A DNA stretch of 24,000 bases, from positions 48,331 through 72,330 of the forward strand of contig DATHAZ010000149.1 of NCBI GenBank assembly GCA_035296445.1. Reading direction: 5' to 3'. A program made the translations under genes and the position numbers. Source of the stretch: Pyrinomonadaceae bacterium (GTDB taxonomy: Bacteria > Acidobacteriota > Blastocatellia > Pyrinomonadales > Pyrinomonadaceae). The notes under the pieces were generated by a model. It was not told where the DNA came from. It ran no database searches and saw only the letters and a program-made list of their open reading frames with translations. Numbering within the stretch: position 1 is the stretch's first letter; every line of letters begins with the position of its first letter. Positions 1-7,041 of the stretch are shown in pieces.

Positions 1-1
1 C

Positions 2-1123
2 GAGACCCCGGACAAAGACCCTAATACTGCCCTCTTTCGCATCGAAGTGATCAAGGTGCCGTTGGCTGCGCCGCAAAATGCTCAGGTAGTGTCAAGCCCC
101 CGCGTGTTCATGGACCCCAGAACGGGCGCTCTGAACGGCCTGAATAACGGCGGCACACACGGCAAGGACGGATTGGAAAAGCCGTCCCCCACCGACCAGT
201 GCCACGACATTACCGTGTACTCGGCCATCGGACTCGCGGCGGGCGCCTGCTCGGGAAATGGAATTCTGCTGGACATCAAAGACCCGGTCAATCCAAAGCG
301 CGTGGACGCCGTAAACGATCCGAACTATGCCTACTGGCACTCGGCCTCGTTTTCCAATGACGGAAAAAAAGTCGTATTTACAGACGAGTGGGGCGGTGGG
401 TTGGGCGCGCGCTGCCGCGCGAACGACCCGAATGTATGGGGAGCCAACGCAATTTTCCGCCTGACGGGTAACAAGCTGAACTTCGCGAGCTACTACAAGT
501 TGCCGGCCGCGCAGGGCGACAGTGAGAACTGTGTCGCGCACAACGGCTCGCTCCTTCCGGTTCCCGGCCGCGACATCAAGGTACAGGCATGGTATCAGGG
601 CGGCATCTCCCTCATGGACTTCACCGACCCTGCCCGTCCGGTTGAGATTGCCTATTTCGACCGGGGGCCGATTGATCCGAACATGCTCATACTCGGCGGC
701 GCATGGTCTGCCTACTGGTACAACGGCCACATCTACGCGTCGGAGATCGCGCGCGGCCTCGACATCTTAGAGTTGACTCCGACGCAGCACCTGACGCAGA
801 ACGAGATTGACGCCGCGAAGGCGGTTCGGGTGGCGGAATTGAATGTGCAGAACCAGGAGAAGATTGAGTGGCCGCGACGATTGGTCGTAGCGAAGGCATA
901 CGTGGATCAGCTTGAGCGTTCGCAGGCTCTGCCTACGGGACGAATCGCAGACCTGCGGGTGGCGATTAAAAGTGCAGAGTTTTCACGCCTGAGTCGAAGC
1001 GATCTTGGAAAACTCAAAAGCCTCGCGCCGTCGTTGGAGAAAAGCGCCGGCCTGACGAAGAGTGCGGCAGACTCAGCCCGACTACGAGCTTTGGCTGAAA
1101 TCCTGAGACAACCCGCACTTTGA
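2..1123 (+). CDS. LVIVD-repeat / beta-propeller-like protein, 5' end cut off by the window edge
   Basis: The frame is open with no stop from nt 2 up to the listed GTG at 47, so the gene most likely begins left of the window. It has blade-like strings (GILLDIKDPVNP, GGISLMDFTDPARPVEIAYFD, ARGLDILEL, AHNGSLLPVPG) reminiscent of LVIVD / choice-of-anchor-B type proteins. The C-terminal ~100 aa are helical and rich in Ala/Leu/Lys. Confidence 0.55.
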   Translation, partial: ETPDKDPNTALFRIEVIKVPLAAPQNAQVVSSPRVFMDPRTGALNGLNNGGTHGKDGLEKPSPTDQCHDITVYSAIGLAAGACSGNGILLDIKDPVNPKRVDAVNDPNYAYWHSASFSNDGKKVVFTDEWGGGLGARCRANDPNVWGANAIFRLTGNKLNFASYYKLPAAQGDSENCVAHNGSLLPVPGRDIKVQAWYQGGISLMDFTDPARPVEIAYFDRGPIDPNMLILGGAWSAYWYNGHIYASEIARGLDILELTPTQHLTQNEIDAAKAVRVAELNVQNQEKIEWPRRLVVAKAYVDQLERSQALPTGRIADLRVAIKSAEFSRLSRSDLGKLKSLAPSLEKSAGLTKSAADSARLRALAEILRQPAL

Positions 1124-1481
1124 TCCTTTCGAGCGCGGGCTCCGGCGATGTCTGAGAATGCGCGACCCCGTCTCAGTGGGGCGGAGGTTAAATAGGCAGG
1201 CGATCCGATGAGTCGTCGAGCCGACCGGCACAAGCATCCAACGCGTGCGCCGGATCGGAACGCTGCAAGGAATTTCAGTAGCCTCGGCCTGCGAGGCCGA
1301 CCGCAAATCCATCGGCCGTACTTCATCGAAACCAGAACTTCATCTGCCGTGATGAGGTCTTTTCAAAAACTCGGCGATATTCGACATCACTTTATAGAAA
1401 AAGATGTAACAGAAATACAATACACGAATTCTCAAATGTAACGTAAAGTTCATCCTCTCCCTAAGGCAGGCGGTTGGCATC

Positions 1482-2627
1482 GTGAAGACGACGGGTTCCT
1501 GCGCGCCTTCTTTGCCCAACTATAGCCGTAACTCTTCGAAGCAGAAGAATATTCGTACAACTGCTGTCCAGAGGTTAGAGGTGTCGTCCTCTCCAGTTAC
1601 CAAGAGTTCATCGTGGCTCCGTGGCCGTTGGCCTTTCGGGCGTTCCGTTCAGACGGGCGTCGCGGGCGGCGAAGGGGCGTCTTTCCCTGCGACGGATGAA
1701 GGTGGTCAACAGGGGTCAGAACTTAGCAAACAGCAGAAAGCCGAAAAGGTAAGCTGGAATCTCGAAGCCGGGGCGCAGATAGCCGAAGGTCGCTCGATTC
1801 TGAAAAGACTCTCGGGTGGGAATCGTTACGAAGTCTTCCTGACCTGGGACGACCGACTTTTCGCGATTACGGTCACAAAAATCCTGAGACCCGACCAGGC
1901 CGAAGACGCGCACGCGCTCAATGAGCTTCGGCGCGAAGTCGAAGTGCTGCGAGGGCTGGCCCACCCTTGTCTCGTGCGCTGTTTCGACGCCGTGCTCGAA
2001 GGCCCCTATCCGCACGTGATGCTTGAGCATCTGGAAGGCCCCACCCTGCGCCGCCTGATCAAGCAACAAACGACCATACCCTTAGATCAACTGCTGCCGC
2101 TTGCTCTCCACGTTGCGGCCGTCCTCCAATACATGGCAAACGAGGGGTTCGTTCACCTCGACGTTAAGCCCAGTAACATCGTGATGGGAGTTCCGCCCCG
2201 CCTCATTGACCTGAGCATCGCCCAGAGTTTCGAGAGCGCCGCCCAGCTACGCCATTCCATCGGCACCGACCCCTACATGCCGCCTGAGCAATGCGACCCG
2301 GCCGCACACCCCGGCGGCATCGGGCACGCCGCCGACGTGTGGGGACTTGGAGCCACGCTTTATCACGCGGTCACGGGCGAAACCCCCTTTCCACGCGGCG
2401 ACGCGAAGAGCAAAGACCGAACTCTACGTTTCCCTCAATTAGTCGAGGAGCCAAAACCGCTCCCGCGATACGTCCCCCCGGCTTTGCAGGAGTTGATTTC
2501 GAGCATGCTCGCGAAGAATTCGGCCGAGCGACCGGCAGCCTCCGACGTTGCCAGCGCGCTTGAGCCCTTGGTCGCGTTAATTTCGCCCAGGCTTAAAGCC
2601 TCGCGGCGCGGTATACACGTTCGTTGA
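1482..2627 (+). CDS. Ser/Thr protein kinase (Hanks-type, non-RD, variant motifs)
   Basis: Catalytic loop HLDVKPSN, activation segment DLS...GTDPYMPPE, ADVWGLGATLYHAVTGETPF, and probable VTK catalytic Lys. The N-terminal ~100 aa are low-complexity. The GTG start at 1482 is uncertain because no in-frame ATG occurs before the kinase domain. Confidence 0.8.
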   Translation: MKTTGSCAPSLPNYSRNSSKQKNIRTTAVQRLEVSSSPVTKSSSWLRGRWPFGRSVQTGVAGGEGASFPATDEGGQQGSELSKQQKAEKVSWNLEAGAQIAEGRSILKRLSGGNRYEVFLTWDDRLFAITVTKILRPDQAEDAHALNELRREVEVLRGLAHPCLVRCFDAVLEGPYPHVMLEHLEGPTLRRLIKQQTTIPLDQLLPLALHVAAVLQYMANEGFVHLDVKPSNIVMGVPPRLIDLSIAQSFESAAQLRHSIGTDPYMPPEQCDPAAHPGGIGHAADVWGLGATLYHAVTGETPFPRGDAKSKDRTLRFPQLVEEPKPLPRYVPPALQELISSMLAKNSAERPAASDVASALEPLVALISPRLKASRRGIHVR

Positions 2628-2703
2628 CAACCGGAAAGGTCACTTGCCAACAGCTTGACGGAGCACCGAACGCGAAACAGTAGTAAACCACAGGGGGAAT
2701 ATC

Positions 2704-4068
2704 ATGATGCTCAGTGTTAATAGATTACTCGGCCGCCGCTCTCCGGCGGACGCCGACGCGGAAAGTTTATTTGAGAACGCTGACGGCGCGAAAAAATCAC
2801 CGTCCTCGATCTACCTCCGACTCATCGAGGATGAATCGCCCGGCCGGGAGGTGGGTAAGCGCTCGTTCGGCGTCCGGCTCGGCGCTGTGTTCGCGACATT
2901 GATGGTGGGGTTGTCGGCCGGAGCGTCAAATGTATTTGCCGAAGATGATGACGACCTGGCTGCTTCTCCTTCAAAAGCCGGCTCTCACGACGACGATGAC
3001 GACGTAGACAACACGGCGACGGGAACCGGAACGGGCGTTAACACGGCGACGGCCACCGCCACTGATCCGGGCACGAATGACGCGACCGGAACGAACACCG
3101 GCACGGGAGTGGCGACGGCAACCGGCACGGGGACGCTCAACGGTCGCACCGCCACCGGGACGGCAACCGGCACGGGAGGGGTGACGGCGACCAACACGGC
3201 GACCGCCACTAATCTTAAAACCGGCGACCGCACCGCCACCCAGACGGGAACGGGAACGGGCGTCAACACGGCGACAGCCACCGCGACCGCTACGGCCGCC
3301 GGTAATGGCCGCAGGGGCAACAAGGGCAAGCAGGCCGGCAAGAACAAGGGTGGTGATGATAATGACGGCACCGCCACCGGGACGGCAACCGCCACCGGCG
3401 TCAACACCGCGACCAACACCGGCACGGCCACCGACCCCCGCACACAGGACGCGACGGCGACCCGCACCGGCACAGCCACGGGTAACAACACGCTGACAGC
3501 CACCGCGACCAGAACGGCTACGGGCACCAAACTCACAGCCACGGACGGCACGGCCACCAACACGGCGACGGCGACCGGCGTCAATACCGCCACGAACACC
3601 GCCACCGCCACAGACCCGTTGACGCAGGATCGCACCGCGACAGCGACGGCGACCGGAACCGGAGGGGCGACCGGCACGGCCACAAACACGGGCACCGTGA
3701 CCGGCACCCGGACGGCGACCGGCAGGACGCGAACTGCCACGGCGACGGGTACGGGCGGGGTCACGGCCACCAACACGGCGACGGCCACTAACCCTCGGAC
3801 TGTTGACGCTACGGCGACCAACACGGCCACCGCGACGGGCGCACAGACTGCGACTAACACCGCGACCGCGACCGGCACGGCAAACGGCGGAACTGCAACC
3901 GGCACTGCCACTGCGACCGGCGACACTACGGCCACGAACACGGCGACCGCCACCAACCCGGCAACGCTGGATACGACCGGAACGGGAACGGGCACCAAAG
4001 ACACAAAAACGGGAACACGCACCAAGGACACAAAGACGGGAACCGCGACCGGGACGACCGCCGCATAG
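2704..4068 (+). CDS. Secreted or membrane-anchored Thr/Ala/Gly-rich repeat protein (alternating T-X-T-X)
   Basis: AGGGGG RBS at 2692-2697, 6 nt before the ATG. N-terminal hydrophobic signal/anchor (LGAVFATLMVGLSAGASNVFA) followed by acidic runs (EDDDD, HDDDDDVD). About 360 aa of TATNTATAT[DN]PxTxDxTAT-type modules follow. A strong hairpin terminator lies downstream. Confidence 0.7.
   Translation: MMLSVNRLLGRRSPADADAESLFENADGAKKSPSSIYLRLIEDESPGREVGKRSFGVRLGAVFATLMVGLSAGASNVFAEDDDDLAASPSKAGSHDDDDDVDNTATGTGTGVNTATATATDPGTNDATGTNTGTGVATATGTGTLNGRTATGTATGTGGVTATNTATATNLKTGDRTATQTGTGTGVNTATATATATAAGNGRRGNKGKQAGKNKGGDDNDGTATGTATATGVNTATNTGTATDPRTQDATATRTGTATGNNTLTATATRTATGTKLTATDGTATNTATATGVNTATNTATATDPLTQDRTATATATGTGGATGTATNTGTVTGTRTATGRTRTATATGTGGVTATNTATATNPRTVDATATNTATATGAQTATNTATATGTANGGTATGTATATGDTTATNTATATNPATLDTTGTGTGTKDTKTGTRTKDTKTGTATGTTAA
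3004..4062 (+). repeat. Imperfect in-frame tandem codon repeats (ACS-GCS/GGS-ACS) inside the Thr-rich gene
   Basis: Recurring DNA strings such as accaacacggcgacggcc / accgccaccg / ggcgtcaacaccgcgacc. At protein level GVNTATxTxTATDPxTxD occurs about 4 times and GGVTATNTATATN about 2 times. Confidence 0.75.
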
Positions 4069-4146
4069 TTAGGCGAGCGGAGAGCGCGGCCTCGCGCCCA
4101 TCCCTGAAAGTCGTCTCGCCTGCCGGATAGGAGTACAAGTGGAAAA

Positions 4147-4190
4147 GAGGAGGGGCAAGGAATCAACCTTGCCCCTCCTCCTCGTTTGTG
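4147..4190 (+). terminator. Rho-independent terminator-like hairpin after the Thr-rich gene
   Basis: Perfect 14-bp inverted repeat gaggaggggcaagg (4147-4160) / ccttgcccctcctc (4167-4180) with a 6-nt loop, followed by the T-containing tail ctcgtttgtg. Confidence 0.6.
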
Positions 4191-4342
4191 CGCCGGCGCT
4201 AGTGATAGTGCTCCCTCAGTAAGTGTCCTTACTACCTGGACAGGGTCTATAACCTCGCTCCGTTTATCGTAGACGGCGAGCGCGGACGCCGCCGGACAAC
4301 ACGAGAACGGGATCACGCTCTCTCGTAACCCGCCGCCGGCTA

Positions 4343-4372
4343 TTGAATTTTGCTGCTCGGGTTGTTTAGACT
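4343..4372 (+). promoter_or_regulatory. Possible sigma70-type promoter for the first SDR gene
   Basis: TTGAAT (4343-4348), 18-nt spacer, TAGACT (4367-4372), about 90 nt upstream of the ATG at 4463. Motif match only. Confidence 0.3.
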
Positions 4373-4462
4373 CGCCCGTCGTGTAGTCATCCGAATGGAA
4401 GCTTACGCGGGCTGGAAGGGCTGTCTCAGAATGTTAAATAAAGGGGGCTGGCCGAGGCTCTG

Positions 4463-5230
4463 ATGAGTCAACACACATCTCCGCGATGCCTGGTCCTGGG
4501 CGGCGCGGGTTACGTCGGGTCGGCGGTATGCAGGTTGTTATATGAGTGCGGAGCACGCCTCGCGTTTACTTATCACACGGGTGGCGAGACGGCGAGAGTT
4601 TTGGCCGAAGAGTTGAAGGGCAGCTTTCCGCTCCACGCCGATCTGGCGAGTTACGCGGAGACGAGGCGCGTGGTTCGTGAGGCCGGCGGGCTGCTGGGCG
4701 GTCTCGATGCGTTGATCCAGTGTGCGGGCACGGCGGGCGATCCCACTCTCTATACAACCCGCCACGCGGACGATCACGGTAAGTTCCTGGCTATCACGGA
4801 GGCCGAGTGGGACGCGATGTTCGATGTCACCGTTCGCAGCACCTTCGCGGCGTGTCAGGAGGCGACGCTCTTGATGAGTCGGAATCAGAAGAACGGCGGC
4901 AGTATCGTCATCGTCGGCTCGATTGACGGCATCAAGCCTTTGCCCGCGCCCGTTCACTACGCAGCCGGCAAAGGTGCGCTGCGCTCCCTCACGGAAGCCT
5001 TAGCCAAAGAGTTGGGGCGAGACAACATCCGCGTCAATCTGGTCGCCCCCGGAATCCTCGAAGGCGGCATCGCGCGCCACCTGGAAGCGCGGCTGTTGCA
5101 GGATTATTTAGAGCACTGCGCTTTAAAGCGAGCGGGGAAGAGCGACGAAGTGGCCGAAGTTATCGTCCGGCTCGCACTGGATAACACTTACGTGACGGGT
5201 CAATCAATCGTGCTCGACGGGGGTTTGTAG
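4463..5230 (+). CDS. Short-chain dehydrogenase/reductase (FabG-like), SDR no. 1
   Basis: Rossmann motif LVLGGAGYVGSAV, catalytic YAAGKGAL, NIRVNLVAPG, C-terminal GQSIVLDGGL. GAGG RBS 5 nt upstream of the ATG. Confidence 0.85.
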   Translation: MSQHTSPRCLVLGGAGYVGSAVCRLLYECGARLAFTYHTGGETARVLAEELKGSFPLHADLASYAETRRVVREAGGLLGGLDALIQCAGTAGDPTLYTTRHADDHGKFLAITEAEWDAMFDVTVRSTFAACQEATLLMSRNQKNGGSIVIVGSIDGIKPLPAPVHYAAGKGALRSLTEALAKELGRDNIRVNLVAPGILEGGIARHLEARLLQDYLEHCALKRAGKSDEVAEVIVRLALDNTYVTGQSIVLDGGL

Positions 5231-5314
5231 CGAGCGCGGCGACCCGCCCGCGAGCCACGCCGAGCCTGAGACGGCACGCGCTCCGGGGCGGCGGGTTCGG
5301 ATAATTGATCGCCG

Positions 5315-5343
5315 TTGACTTGCCCTGTGCCCTTCCTTATAGT
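5315..5343 (+). promoter_or_regulatory. Near-consensus sigma70-type promoter upstream of the radical-SAM operon
   Basis: TTGACT (5315-5320), exactly 17-nt spacer, TATAGT (5338-5343). It lies about 125 nt upstream of the ATG at 5467. Confidence 0.45.
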
Positions 5344-5466
5344 GTAGCCCGAATTGACGGCGCAGACTTCTCGGGGCGTAGTTCATTCAGCCCGTCTAAC
5401 AAGGGTTTAAGAACCGCCTGCCAGCCACCTCCAGACAAGTTCTTTCGCGCGCAGGAGAAACCCCGG

Positions 5467-6987
5467 ATGCCTACTAACCCCCGCGGAACCCGCCCTTATA
5501 CTTTTTACAAGATGACGCAGAGCACCTGCCCCGAATGCCTGAAAGTGGTGCAGGCGCAGGTCGTCTTCGAGGACAACAAAGTATTCTTCCTTAAGCACTG
5601 CCGCGAACATGGACACAGCAAAGCTCTGGTGAGCGAAGACGCGGAGTACTATCAGAACGCGTTCTCGTTCAGCCGGCCGGGCAGCGTCCCTTTGCAGTTC
5701 TCGACCGAGGTTAAAGAGGGGTGTCCGACCGATTGCGGTCTGTGCCCGTCTCATCAACAGCACACCTGTCTGCCGATCATCGAGGTCACGGACTACTGTA
5801 ATCTTGAGTGTCCGGTCTGCATCGTCAACAACCAGTATTCCAACCACATGTCGCTCGGCGATTTTCAAGAGATCATTGATCTGCTTGTGCGCCACGAGGG
5901 AGTGCTCGACACCGTCACACTGAGCGGCGGCGAGCCGACTTCGCACCCGCAGTTCTGGGAGTTGATTGACATCGCCACGCGCCCCGAGGTCGGGCGCGTC
6001 TCCGTCGTCACGAACGGCATACGCATCGCCCGCTCGAAAGAGTTCTGCGCGCGCCTCAAAGAAAAAAACGTCTACGTGATCCTCCAGTTTGACGGCTTCA
6101 CCGACGATGTGCAGAAAGCGATCCGCGGCGTTGACCTGATGGAGACGAAACACAGGGCGCTCGAACACCTCGGCGAATTCAACATCTCGACGCAGATCGC
6201 TTTCGTCCCGGCGCGCGGGGTGAACGAGCATCAGTTGGGAGACGCCGTGCGGCTGCTGCTCGAACGCGACCACATTCTGTCGCTCCTGATCCAGCCGTTC
6301 GCTGCCACGGGGCACGGCGGCGGCGTCTTTCCGCACGACCCTTTGGATCGCCTGACGACGCCGGGCGTCATCCGTGCCATTGACGAACAGACCGCCGGCC
6401 TCGTCGCGCGCGAAGACTTCATCCCGCTTCCCTGCTCGCACCCGCTCTGCGTTTCGCTGACCTACCTGCTCAAGCTCGACGACGGGAGCTATCTCCCTTT
6501 CCCGCGCTTCGTGGACATGCGCCGCCACCTCGACCTGTTCCAGCAGACGGCGACCCTCGAAGCGAACGAGCAGACGGAGGATGCGCTGCAAGGTGTGATC
6601 GGCGACTTGTGGAGCACCGCCGGTGAGATACCCGACAGCCAGAAGGTCATCAAAGCGCTCAGGCGCGCCCTGCTGGAGATGTTCCCCAACAAAAAAGTTG
6701 ACCGCCGTGAACTCATCCGCATCACGGAAAGGCAGGCCAAGACGATCTTCATCCACCACTACATGGACAGACACGACTTCGACATCGAGCGTCTGATGAA
6801 GTGCTGTCACCACTACCCGCAAGTTGACGGGCGGATCATGCCCGCGTGCGGATTCAACATGTTCCATCGCGGCGCGGCGAAAGGAGCCGGGACGCAGACT
6901 CCGCCGTGGGGGAAAGGGCCGTTCATCAAAGATGATTCGCCCGAACTCAAACTCTACGCAATCGGCCGCGAGCGCAACGTCACGTGA
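5467..6987 (+). CDS. Radical SAM enzyme, COG1964 / tetraether-lipid-synthase (Tes, GDGT-MAS)-like architecture, paralog 1
   Basis: AGGAG RBS at 5453-5457, 9 nt before the ATG; the listed start at 5305 is an upstream extension. N-terminal knuckle CPEC...x19...CREHG, second Cys motif GCPTDCGLCPSH, radical-SAM CNLECPVC (CX3CX2C), SAM-binding LSGGEPTSHP, C-terminal PCSHPLC and KCC...PAC motifs. Clear paralog of 11941-13431. Confidence 0.8.
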   Translation: MPTNPRGTRPYTFYKMTQSTCPECLKVVQAQVVFEDNKVFFLKHCREHGHSKALVSEDAEYYQNAFSFSRPGSVPLQFSTEVKEGCPTDCGLCPSHQQHTCLPIIEVTDYCNLECPVCIVNNQYSNHMSLGDFQEIIDLLVRHEGVLDTVTLSGGEPTSHPQFWELIDIATRPEVGRVSVVTNGIRIARSKEFCARLKEKNVYVILQFDGFTDDVQKAIRGVDLMETKHRALEHLGEFNISTQIAFVPARGVNEHQLGDAVRLLLERDHILSLLIQPFAATGHGGGVFPHDPLDRLTTPGVIRAIDEQTAGLVAREDFIPLPCSHPLCVSLTYLLKLDDGSYLPFPRFVDMRRHLDLFQQTATLEANEQTEDALQGVIGDLWSTAGEIPDSQKVIKALRRALLEMFPNKKVDRRELIRITERQAKTIFIHHYMDRHDFDIERLMKCCHHYPQVDGRIMPACGFNMFHRGAAKGAGTQTPPWGKGPFIKDDSPELKLYAIGRERNVT

Positions 6988-7041
6988 GCGTGCGCCCCGC
7001 AACACCGTCACCGTAGACGCTCTAAGACACCGTCACTCTGT

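Noticed and set aside
1208-1441. 77-aa ORF in the intergenic region between the LVIVD-like gene and the kinase
   Set aside because: It has no RBS or motif, its composition changes mid-ORF from GC-rich to AT-rich, and it more likely spans a promoter region.
3004-4062. Considered whether the repetitive DNA could be a CRISPR array or a non-coding satellite
   Set aside because: The repeats are short and degenerate, strictly in-frame, and lack repeat-spacer periodicity. They sit inside an ORF with an RBS, a signal peptide and a terminator.
2985-4316. 443-aa minus-strand ORF (VAVAVPV-rich) antisense to the Thr-rich gene
   Set aside because: It is the mirror image of the ACS/GCS codon repeat (Thr/Ala codons read as Val/Ala on the opposite strand). 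It has no RBS, signal or sensible start, and it runs through the terminator hairpin. The plus-strand frame has an RBS, a signal peptide and a terminator.
5305-5466. Upstream extension of rSAM-1 (listed ORF start 5305), and similarly 9356 for SDR-2, 13263 for FabZ-like, 14620 for the KS, 16684 for the ACP and 20804 for the anchored protein
   Set aside because: The extensions encode Arg/Pro-rich junk, overlap upstream genes or the promoter, and lack an RBS. The internal starts have an RBS or start/stop coupling and begin exactly where family homology begins.
5407-7011. 534-aa minus-strand ORF opposite radical-SAM paralog 1
   Set aside because: High-GC shadow ORF that is Arg/Ala/Val-rich with no motifs. 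The plus-strand frame carries unambiguous CX3CX2C and GGEP radical-SAM motifs.
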